Source: a virus (lineage: Duplodnaviria > Caudoviricetes). Taken from it: a stretch of DNA of 34,293 nucleotides. Every line of letters begins with the position of its first letter. Positions within the stretch are counted from its first letter, which is position 1. This document shows, piece after piece, positions 1-7,190 of the stretch. Under the pieces are notes generated by a model that saw only the letters and a list, made by a program, of their open reading frames with translations, was not told where the DNA came from and ran no database searches. The stretch lies in IMG/VR virus record IMGVR_UViG_3300032261_000043, positions 1 through 34,293 of that record; one strand, 5' to 3'. Both the position numbers and the translations under genes were made by a program.

Positions 1-1
1 A

Positions 2-463
2 CAAGCCATCGTCGTTATCGAGTGGCTTGTCGTCCTTATCGAGCTCACGCATCACCATGTAATAGGTGAACATCCATGGATCACGCATGCGGCCTGACTG
101 CTCGTCCAAAATCCATTCGGACGTGTCGGCCTCCGCTTCCGTGTCGCCGGGCTTGTAGCCGCATCCCAGCGTGTCGCGCTTCGGAGTAACGAAGCCCTCC
201 ACGATCAGACCCATGAGCTGCTCGACGGGTTTGTTGTTTTCCCATTTGATCCAACCCTTGAGCAGCTGATCCGTGTTGACGATGAAGCGCGTGCCCATCG
301 GCAGCTCGACGTTATCCTGTCCCGCCGCGAACGTGCCAAACTTCGTGAACTTGAGAAGCTGGCCAACGATGTTGCGTTGCGGAGCTCGGCGGCCTTCCTC
401 CTCGAACGGATTGGGATGCTGAGCAGCAGGCAGTTTCTGTGACGTTGATTGCATTTCACTCAT
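2..463 (-). CDS. Phage protein, possibly ssDNA-binding/recombination; runs off the left edge
   Basis: Not in the ORF track. Hand translation from ATG 463 (ATGA overlap with the nuclease stop) gives MSEMQSTSQKLPAAQHPNPFEEEG...LLKFTKFG...GWIKWENNKPVEQLMG...DPWMFTYY, open to the window edge. Function inferred from position after the exonuclease. Confidence 0.7.
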   Translation of the reverse strand, partial: MSEMQSTSQKLPAAQHPNPFEEEGRRAPQRNIVGQLLKFTKFGTFAAGQDNVELPMGTRFIVNTDQLLKGWIKWENNKPVEQLMGLIVEGFVTPKRDTLGCGYKPGDTEAEADTSEWILDEQSGRMRDPWMFTYYMVMRELDKDDKPLDNDDGL

Positions 464-1668
464 GATCGTTTTCCTTTTCGCTTCGCAGTTTTCGCTCTCT
501 TTGTCACGGCAGGCTTCCTGCCGTGGATTTTCGCTTTGGTCTTTACCGTCTTTGCTTTCTGCTTCTTTCTCCTCTTCTTGTTGCCGGGCTCCATCAACGC
601 CGGTTTGTACGCCTCCGCGGGCAATGTGGCCGTGATCACCAAGCGGTCGCTGTCTTTGCTGATATGTTCAAACTGCTCGATGTCGATGCCCAGTGCCGTT
701 AGCTGCTCCTTCATCGGTCCGATTGCGTAATACGGCCGTCCGGAAACCCTGTACCAGTTCACCACGCCTTCAATTCTGCGCACGCCCTTGTCCTTGAGCC
801 GCTCCTTGATGACGTTTTGGCGATCATTGAATTGCGCTTCCAGCCGTTCAATCTGCACGCTGATTGCGTTGGCCTCGCGAGCATAGTCCGTTATCTCGGC
901 GATGAATTGCGGTGTGGCTCTGACATTGTTAGGCGGCACCGCCATTCGCTCGACGCCACAGGCGCCGACGAATGGACAGAACGAACATTCCTTGCCACCG
1001 GCGATCCAGCCTTCCGGCCGCAGCTCATTGCCATTCTTGGCGTGGATGATGATTGCCGCGCGTCGCTTGGCTTCATCATACAGCTTTTGATCGAACGGAA
1101 TGGCAAACTCGGTTATCTCGCTCCAGAACGATGCATCCGTGTACGTGAGCAGATCATAATTTGGCTTGTACTCCGTACACTCGCGAACCAAGCCCATTTG
1201 TGCGACGGTTTGCATGTAGTTTTCGATCTTGGCTTCGCTGATGTTCGTTCGTGGATCGATGGTCTTGCCTTCTGCGAGCAAAACGCCCTGCTCGCCTATG
1301 TTGTCGATGCCGAGATATTTCAACACGTCCGGCTTTTGCTTGATGATCAACGCATCGGGCGTCGCCGATAGATAGCCGCTGAACAGGGTTTTCTGCGCAT
1401 GTCCGGAAAACAGGATGTTGTCGCCGAACCGCAGTTGCATTGCCGGAGCCCAGAAGTGCCGTTCCATCAGCGTGCCACGAATGCGGGCTCCCCAATTTTC
1501 TTCATGATCCGCATCGCGTTCAACGCCACGCTCGGTGCCTTCATTCTTTAGCCAGAACGTCTTGCGAGCGCACTGGCCTATTTCCGAAGCGCCGACGGTT
1601 TGCGTCCGGTCATAGTCCCATTCAACTTCCAGCGTCTTGGCGTACTCTGCGAAAATCTCTTTTAGCAT
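460..1668 (-). CDS. Cas4-like PD-(D/E)xK exonuclease with a 4-Cys Fe-S cluster and a Lys-rich C-terminal tail
   Basis: N-terminal GASEIGQCARK, RGTLMERH, catalytic TPD...EGK, C-terminal CSFCPFVGAC (1+3 Cys arrangement). Confidence 0.8.
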   Translation of the reverse strand: MLKEIFAEYAKTLEVEWDYDRTQTVGASEIGQCARKTFWLKNEGTERGVERDADHEENWGARIRGTLMERHFWAPAMQLRFGDNILFSGHAQKTLFSGYLSATPDALIIKQKPDVLKYLGIDNIGEQGVLLAEGKTIDPRTNISEAKIENYMQTVAQMGLVRECTEYKPNYDLLTYTDASFWSEITEFAIPFDQKLYDEAKRRAAIIIHAKNGNELRPEGWIAGGKECSFCPFVGACGVERMAVPPNNVRATPQFIAEITDYAREANAISVQIERLEAQFNDRQNVIKERLKDKGVRRIEGVVNWYRVSGRPYYAIGPMKEQLTALGIDIEQFEHISKDSDRLVITATLPAEAYKPALMEPGNKKRRKKQKAKTVKTKAKIHGRKPAVTKRAKTAKRKGKRS

Positions 1669-1825
1669 TGCGTGGCACCCTTTCGAGTTGTTTCAGTTCT
1701 TGCGTGAGTTTGGCTCGGTTCATATCGATCAGTTTGCGAGAGCGAGGGCTGAGCGGCTGCCCGCTAATCTCGCATTCACGGATGAATTTCAGATCGGCCG
1801 ATATCTCCTTTCGTGTTCTTCGCAT
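1622..1825 (-). CDS. Hypothetical protein
   Basis: ATG with GGAG upstream; overlaps both neighbours. Confidence 0.4.
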   Translation of the reverse strand: MRRTRKEISADLKFIRECEISGQPLSPRSRKLIDMNRAKLTQELKQLERVPRNAKRDFRRVRQDAGS

Positions 1826-1961
1826 TTTCATTCTCCGTTGGCCGCAGTTTCCACGGCCCTTCATCATCGTACTTGCAATTCATGTACGTGCCGCAGATTT
1901 TGCAGAACGTCATCGGATTGTCGTACTGGCATTGATCTTCAGCACTTAGCTCGGTCTTCAT
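1776..1961 (-). CDS. Small Cys-rich hypothetical protein
   Basis: ATGA coupling to the upstream stop at 1958-1961; contains CKIC. Confidence 0.5.
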   Translation of the reverse strand: MKTELSAEDQCQYDNPMTFCKICGTYMNCKYDDEGPWKLRPTENENAKNTKGDIGRSEIHP

Positions 1962-2188
1962 TGTTGGTTCTGGCATGGGTTTCGATCCATCCAAGCTTGA
2001 ATATACGGCATCAACGTGTCGGCGGCGTATTCGCAGCAATCGTCGGACATCCCCGACATGTCCAACGCGATTTCCGAGATGGTGGCTTTGTGCAGGTATT
2101 CTCCCTCGTTGAAATAGCCGTTGTCTCTTGCGTTGTCTAAACTGGAAAACACAAGCTCTCTAAGCCTGTCGTTGTCGATTTCCGGCAT
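1958..2188 (-). CDS. Hypothetical protein
   Basis: GAGGA RBS, operon packing. Confidence 0.7.
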   Translation of the reverse strand: MPEIDNDRLRELVFSSLDNARDNGYFNEGEYLHKATISEIALDMSGMSDDCCEYAADTLMPYIQAWMDRNPCQNQQ

Positions 2189-2200
2189 GGGCTGTTCCTC

Positions 2201-2392
2201 CTATCCATGGCGACGATGCTCGGCGCGTATCGTGATCTTATGGATTTCGCCGGTCACCGGATTGAAGGTGACGACGCTTCCGGGCTTTAGGGCACTGGCT
2301 CTGAGCTGCTTGCCTTTGTAGGTCAGCACTTTTCCGTTGATGGAAAGCGGCCCAGTGTCTTCCGAGGTTTGCAGGATTTTGACCTTTCGCAT
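2201..2392 (-). CDS. Hypothetical protein
   Basis: GAGGAG RBS upstream of ATG 2392 (TTG 2401 is an alternative start). Confidence 0.65.
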   Translation of the reverse strand: MRKVKILQTSEDTGPLSINGKVLTYKGKQLRASALKPGSVVTFNPVTGEIHKITIRAEHRRHG

Positions 2393-2430
2393 AATCGTCA
2401 ATCTCCTCTTGCATCATCGAAGTCCGGTAG

Positions 2431-2790
2431 TCAGTCATGGCATGGCGGTTGTCGCGTTGCTTTTTCTTCTCTGTATTGTGCTGCCGCCAATTTTTCTTTT
2501 TCATTTTGCCTCTCCGCAACCTTGCTAAGTTTTGCTTCAACGGCTTCGTCAAGCAGCTCGCCCTCGATGCCAAAACACTTGGCGAGCAATTCGAGATAAA
2601 CCCGGCAGTCGGCAATCTCCTCGCGGCATTGGTCCGACAAGTCCACACCATCACGCCAACGTTTCTTGATCAGGTTGGCGAGCTCGCCGGCTTCACCGCA
2701 CAGAGCCAGTGCAAGAAAGCGCTCATCGCGGCTTGTATAGGGACGGAATAGATGCTCGGTCATGCGTTCGTGCAGCTCAAAGATATTCAT
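2431..2790 (-). CDS. mazG: MazG-like all-alpha NTP pyrophosphohydrolase
   Basis: LALCGEAGELANLIKK...EEIADCRVYL (ExxE...ExxD metal ligands); GGAGG RBS. Confidence 0.85.
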   Translation of the reverse strand: MNIFELHERMTEHLFRPYTSRDERFLALALCGEAGELANLIKKRWRDGVDLSDQCREEIADCRVYLELLAKCFGIEGELLDEAVEAKLSKVAERQNEKEKLAAAQYREEKATRQPPCHD

Positions 2791-3286
2791 AATCGATACC
2801 CTCCCGTTTGATCTGATACGTGTCGCCGTGTTTCGTCAGTAGTCTGCGGATCGCCACGAACGGCGTATCCGGTTCGTCTGGCAGTCCATCGTCGAACGGT
2901 GACAAGCCGTGCCGAATGCGCCACCGGATGATTGCCGCATCGATATATTCGAGCACCGACATTCGCATGTTGGCGCTGCCATCGATCAACCATTGCGAGG
3001 AAGCGACCAGCCGAAGCAATTCATCCGGAGCAGGTAACTTGCGCAGGTAACGGAGCAGCATGATTATTTCCGGTGCGTAATCGCCTGTTGTCAAACCCTC
3101 CTTTATCTGTCGCTTCCAAAGCCGGAAGCGTTTCAATTGGTCGCCTTGATCCTTCAGCTTCCGCTCAAGTGGTGACAACACCATCGGCGGTTTAACCTGC
3201 TTGGGCTCCATCTTGCGGCGGGCATGTTTTGTCGCTCGTTCGCCTTCGGCTTCGAATGGATTATCTGGCACATTAGTTTGCTCCAT
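2777..3286 (-). CDS. Hypothetical phage protein
   Basis: 169-aa ORF overlapping the mazG start; no clear SD. Confidence 0.7.
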   Translation of the reverse strand: MEQTNVPDNPFEAEGERATKHARRKMEPKQVKPPMVLSPLERKLKDQGDQLKRFRLWKRQIKEGLTTGDYAPEIIMLLRYLRKLPAPDELLRLVASSQWLIDGSANMRMSVLEYIDAAIIRWRIRHGLSPFDDGLPDEPDTPFVAIRRLLTKHGDTYQIKREGIDYEYL

Positions 3287-3412
3287 GTTGAGAGGCTGGC
3301 GTCGCTTGTCTCGGCCATTTAATCCGCGGAAGCCCGCAGAACCTCTGAGCGACCGATCTTCACATTGCGAGAGAAGGAGTAAGCTCGCGCTGCGGAGGAA
3401 TGGCCGCTGTCT

Positions 3413-3568
3413 CTATTGTTCGCCTCTCCATATGGCATCCAGTAAATCGTAATCGGCCTGCGAATGAACCGGCATATAGCCGAGTTGCAGCCACATGTCA
3501 TAGTGTCGCTCGACGCGATACTTCAAAATGAAATAGCGGATGTGTCGAATGATTGGCCATCGTTTCAT
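3413..3568 (-). CDS. Small hypothetical protein (51 aa)
   Basis: Not in the ORF track. MKRWPIIRHIRYFILKYRVERHYDMWLQLGYMPVHSQADYDLLDAIWRGEQ; ATGA-coupled to the VRR-NUC stop. Confidence 0.65.
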   Translation of the reverse strand: MKRWPIIRHIRYFILKYRVERHYDMWLQLGYMPVHSQADYDLLDAIWRGEQ

Positions 3569-3936
3569 CGCAGCAACCCTCGCTCTTCGAGCAGCTCCAA
3601 CGCTTCATCAACCGAATAGGCGATGCGGATGTCATGTCCGTTCTTTTTCATCTTGTAGTGCAAGCCAACCTGTTCGTCGGACAATCCGCCGTCGCGGTGA
3701 TTGCGTTCATTGGCTTTCTTCATTTCAAGCCAGAACACTTTGGCACGTTCGAGCGCAAAGACCAAATCGGGCGAGCCCGGCAATAGACCCTCCGCTTTCA
3801 ATTGTCGTCCGATAATGGGATGGCGTGCGCCACCATTGGGGATGGCCATGCAAACAACGTTGGCTCGCAATCGATGTCGCAGCGTCGCAACCAAAGCGGA
3901 TTGCACACGATGTTCGCTGGCGTCTTCGCCGGGCAT
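3565..3936 (-). CDS. VRR-NUC domain nuclease (Holliday-junction resolvase-like)
   Basis: SEHRVQ...AIPNGG.R...LKAEGLLPGSPDL...WLEMK...LSDEQ; GGAGG just before ATG 3936. Confidence 0.88.
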   Translation of the reverse strand: MPGEDASEHRVQSALVATLRHRLRANVVCMAIPNGGARHPIIGRQLKAEGLLPGSPDLVFALERAKVFWLEMKKANERNHRDGGLSDEQVGLHYKMKKNGHDIRIAYSVDEALELLEERGLLR

Positions 3937-4217
3937 GATCCCTCCGTTATTATTGGCTCCCGCTCGGAGTTGCCCCGTTGACTGATCCCGCAAACGGCTG
4001 GCGTGCGACGCAAAGAGCACACGTGTCCCGTCGCCGGCTCCGACGCGAAGAGCCAGCGGACCGACAACAGACCAATGATTTAGAGAAACGAATTTCCCTT
4101 GCGTGTGATTGAGGTTCGTGCGGAGCGGGTTGGTCCCCGCTAGGTTCTCTATCTGCTCCGATCATGGAGCCTCGCCAACGTCGTGCGAGCTAGAAGCGCA
4201 CGGAGGGGCGGACGACG

Positions 4218-4246
4218 ACGTTACTCTTCGTCATAAAAATTTCAAG
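4218..4246 (-). promoter_or_regulatory. Putative leftward sigma70-type promoter
   Basis: Minus strand reads CTTGAA-N17-TAACGT, resembling the rhizobial CTTGAC-N17-CTATAT pattern. Confidence 0.5.
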
Positions 4247-4368
4247 TCCCCGCAAATTCATTTTCGGGGAAATCGTACTGACATGTTTTCGCAAATAATC
4301 GTAACAGCAGACATGCCATCGCTTCGGATAATCAGAAAGAAAAGGGGAAAATCCCCTGTATTTTAGGG

Positions 4369-4398
4369 CTTGTATTTCCCCTTATTCTTTTATATATT
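4369..4398 (+). promoter_or_regulatory. Putative rightward sigma70-type promoter
   Basis: (C)TTGTAT-N17-TATATT in an AT-rich stretch at the strand switch. Confidence 0.6.
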
Positions 4399-4399
4399 G

Positions 4400-4915
4400 T
4401 GGATGGGTCGGATTGGCCCTCACGGGACTGGTATCGTCCAAGAGACATAAAACGGATACCCGCCTAAACCGCCGACGCAGTGACCGCACCAACGGCTTGC
4501 ACGCAGGAGAGGGTAAGTAAAGGGGCTCTGAGAGATCGGAGTTTCGAGAAGAAACGAGAAAGACGGAGCCATGATCCGTTGCCCGGTGCGCGCCTAGTCG
4601 TACTCAACACCGGCTCTCTATCGTCCCCCGAATGTCCATCGTGACCGCAGTAGGTAGTCCGATAGCAGAGTGTCCGCGGAATGTCCCTCACAAATCTTTC
4701 TCAATCTTGTTCGCCGAAGTCAGAGACGGCAGAAACAAGATCAACACCACTCACAATCAAACCGCCGCAACCGAACGTTCGCAACAACCTCTCCACATAT
4801 CCAACGCACTGCGTGAAGATCGCACGGGATATCGAGAGCCGATGCTGCGATCATCGTTTCCAGCTCCCTGCGCCTCATTGCCATAGATGATGGGCGCGCA
4901 GAGGGATGGACGATT
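4400..4915 (+). ncRNA. Candidate long structured RNA or 5' leader
   Basis: Directly follows the promoter, no credible ORF, many nested inverted repeats (see findings). Confidence 0.4.
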
Positions 4916-5013
4916 GGCGTTCATCATCAACCGGAAATCAAACCATGTCTATGAAGCAAATCATCATCTATCCGCAAGGCCGAGCTTGAAGCGTATCGGA
5001 AGGGCGGTCGTAA

Positions 5014-5085
5014 ATGAGTGATACGCTCTATGCGACGATCATCCTGCTCGTCGCTGCTTTCTTCATCACCGCGTATCTAGTCTGA
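5014..5085 (+). CDS. Putative 23-aa single-TM peptide
   Basis: MSDTLYATIILLVAAFFITAYLV, purine-rich sequence upstream. Confidence 0.4.
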   Translation: MSDTLYATIILLVAAFFITAYLV

Positions 5086-5102
5086 AAAGGGGAAATCACA
5101 TC

Positions 5103-5330
5103 ATGTCTAAGTCTAAGCGTGATCACAATCAAACCATTGAGCAATGGGCAGCGACGTTCGCCACTCTGCCTGCGCCGCAATCTGCGGAGCGAGCGATTGC
5201 TCACCATATCCTTGGCGATCTGCTTGGTTATAATTCCAATTCGCAGTATCGCATAGTGGATGCCGCAAATCTTGAGAATGCGCTGATCGCCTATGCAAGA
5301 CTTTTGCAAGAGCACGGCGTCAAGGTATAG
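5103..5330 (+). CDS. Hypothetical protein
   Basis: AAGGGG RBS. Confidence 0.7.
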   Translation: MSKSKRDHNQTIEQWAATFATLPAPQSAERAIAHHILGDLLGYNSNSQYRIVDAANLENALIAYARLLQEHGVKV

Positions 5331-5334
5331 AACA

Positions 5335-5883
5335 ATGCAAAAGTTTTACAATGACCGCTTGGACGACATCTTTCCGGATGCACGTCCTGCCTGCGAAGAA
5401 ACGAGCAACGACAAATTTCAACGTGCGAAGCTGGCGGCTGACAAGTCGCTGGCTTTCATCATGGCTGGCAATTCGACGGTGACGTTTCAATCAATCAAGA
5501 CCGGTGTCCGGTTCACGTTCCGAATTCAGGCACCGCACAAGGAAGGTAACGAAGGCACCAACGCAGCACGCGACGTGAATAGCCAGATGCGCTTCGTGCA
5601 GGTATTGACCGGTCAAGACAACGAAAATTCTTATCGTTATCTCGGCTACATCAAGCGCGGCGTCTACTTTCATGGTGGAGCGAAAGCCAAGATCGGCGAA
5701 GACGCACCATCAGCCAAGGCGTTCGCTTGGGCTTTCAAACGTCTGTCGCAGGGCGGTGACATGTCGGCTATGGAAATCTGGCATGAGGGTCGTTGCGGAC
5801 GATGTGCCCACAAGTTGACTGTCCCTGAGAGCGTGGCCTCTGGCTACGGTCCGGAGTGCATTGGAAAGGTAGGCTTACTGTGA
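5335..5883 (+). CDS. DUF6011-like Zn-ribbon protein
   Basis: C-terminal WHEGRCGRCAHKLTVPESVASGYGPEC. Confidence 0.75.
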   Translation: MQKFYNDRLDDIFPDARPACEETSNDKFQRAKLAADKSLAFIMAGNSTVTFQSIKTGVRFTFRIQAPHKEGNEGTNAARDVNSQMRFVQVLTGQDNENSYRYLGYIKRGVYFHGGAKAKIGEDAPSAKAFAWAFKRLSQGGDMSAMEIWHEGRCGRCAHKLTVPESVASGYGPECIGKVGLL

Positions 5884-6089
5884 AACGTCTTGCACTGCTC
5901 GCCCTTGTGTTGTTCATCTTCGCCGGTGCATCAACCAAGGGCGTCCACAAACCGGAAACCCATTACGAACCCGAGCAGGAATGGGTTTGCTACCATCACA
6001 ACAAGGAAATCAAACGCTTCAATCTCGATACAGACGACTATTACACCAAGCAATTGATCGCCTTGGGTTGCGTACCACAAGCGAGGTAA
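5880..6089 (+). CDS. Small membrane/secreted protein
   Basis: GTGA coupling; MKRLALLALVLFIFAGA is signal-like. Confidence 0.6.
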   Translation: MKRLALLALVLFIFAGASTKGVHKPETHYEPEQEWVCYHHNKEIKRFNLDTDDYYTKQLIALGCVPQAR

Positions 6090-6092
6090 ACA

Positions 6093-6260
6093 ATGACGGC
6101 TCAGGAATATTGGGACACGCACTTGACCCATCGCGGTCGCATTCGTGCCTTATACGCTATCGGCCGGGCTCTTGGCTGGCAAACGAAACAATGGGAGGAG
6201 CTTCCGCCGGAATTGCGGGAGCAGCTACAAGCCATTTGGCCGGGCATCAAATCAAAATAA
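6093..6260 (+). CDS. Small hypothetical protein (55 aa)
   Basis: Not in the ORF track. MTAQEYWDTHLTHRGRIRALY...WEELPPELREQL; GAGGT RBS. Confidence 0.65.
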   Translation: MTAQEYWDTHLTHRGRIRALYAIGRALGWQTKQWEELPPELREQLQAIWPGIKSK

Positions 6261-6283
6261 CTCTAACCCGATGGGGGACTTAA

Positions 6284-6727
6284 GTGTCTATGAACGAGCG
6301 ACCGCTGATCGTCATGTCATGCAGTCAAGTGAAGAAGCAAACGACAAAGCCAATGCCGTTTGCCGAAGTGTACGACGGCCCGATATGGCAGCAGGTTAAA
6401 AAACATTGGCCTTCCTCTCATATCGCAGTATTGTCCGCGGAACATGGTTTGCTTGAGCCGGGGACTGAGATCATGCCGTATGACCGGCTGATGGACGAAG
6501 ATCGTTTGCTCCACATTCTCAACGATGAAAAGCAAATGGAGAAGTTTGCCGAGTTGGTTCGCCAATACGGCAAAGTGATTGTCGTGGGCGGCGAGCTCTA
6601 CAAACTGTTTGCTCTCTACTTCACTTCGATCATGTACCCTGAGCTTGGCGACCGTGTGCACTTCGCCTGCGGTTCATACCTGCAGCAACGCGGGGCTCTC
6701 GGCACATTGTTTCAACAAGCCGCTTGA
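6284..6727 (+). CDS. DUF6884-like (YaaA-related) protein
   Basis: IVMSCSQVKK...AEVYDGPIW...VLSAEHGLL...I.PYDRLM. Confidence 0.7.
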   Translation: MSMNERPLIVMSCSQVKKQTTKPMPFAEVYDGPIWQQVKKHWPSSHIAVLSAEHGLLEPGTEIMPYDRLMDEDRLLHILNDEKQMEKFAELVRQYGKVIVVGGELYKLFALYFTSIMYPELGDRVHFACGSYLQQRGALGTLFQQAA

Positions 6728-6798
6728 CGTTTCGCCGGGACGGTGCATGTCACCGTCCAACGAAGCGACAACTCGCTTTCACGATCCCGATGGGACGT
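6728..6798 (+). repeat. Repeated hairpin element, copy 1
   Basis: CGGGACGGTG..TGTCACCGTCCAA shared with 10625-10653. Confidence 0.8.
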
Positions 6799-6825
6799 GC
6801 CAATCTAAGAAAGGAAGTTAAAACT

Positions 6826-7128
6826 ATGGCTACCAAGTCCAAGACTGTTAAGAAGGCCAAGACCGTGAAGACTGCCGCCAAGAAGACGGCAAAGAAGACG
6901 GCCAAGGCCAAGAATAATGGCGGCACCACGGTTCGCTACGTCAAGCCCGAGAAGGGTTCGATCCGCGAGAAGCTCTATGCGCTGTTCGTCAAGCACAAGG
7001 GCGACCACATTGCTGCGAAGGAGGCGGCGATCAAGGCCAAGATCAACCCGGCGACGGCGGCCAAGCAGCTCTGGCTGATGAAGCATAACAAGGGCAACTT
7101 CGCCGCTCGTAGGCATGCTGCCGCTTAA
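6826..7128 (+). CDS. Histone H1-like Lys/Ala-rich DNA-binding protein
   Basis: MATKSKTVKKAKTVKTAAKKTAKKTAKAK; AAGGA RBS; strong AAG/GCC codon preference. Confidence 0.75.
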   Translation: MATKSKTVKKAKTVKTAAKKTAKKTAKAKNNGGTTVRYVKPEKGSIREKLYALFVKHKGDHIAAKEAAIKAKINPATAAKQLWLMKHNKGNFAARRHAAA

Positions 7129-7190
7129 TCGCGGCAGTTTGCTTCTCTCCCATCACTCACTCACTCAACTCACAACAAGGAAACCCAATC

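Noticed and set aside
460-1668. Cas4-like gene as evidence of a CRISPR system
   Set aside because: No repeat-spacer array or other cas genes; stand-alone Cas4-like nucleases are common in phage recombination modules
817-2140. Long + strand ORFs (817-1371, 1440-1949, 1637-2140) and similar antisense ORFs elsewhere
   Set aside because: They shadow well-supported opposite-strand genes and lack RBSs or motifs
3988-4020. GCAAAC...GACGCAAAG resembles the c-di-GMP-I riboswitch core
   Set aside because: No GG before GCAAA, no GNRA-capped P2, no receptor stem, and it is on the strand opposite the adjacent gene
4116-4203. Cloverleaf-like fold as a tRNA
   Set aside because: No TTCRA T-loop, wrong arm arrangement, no CCA
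4500-4580. GGA/GAG-rich loops as a CsrA/RsmA sponge
   Set aside because: Few true ANGGA hairpin loops, and the inferred host group mostly lacks CsrA
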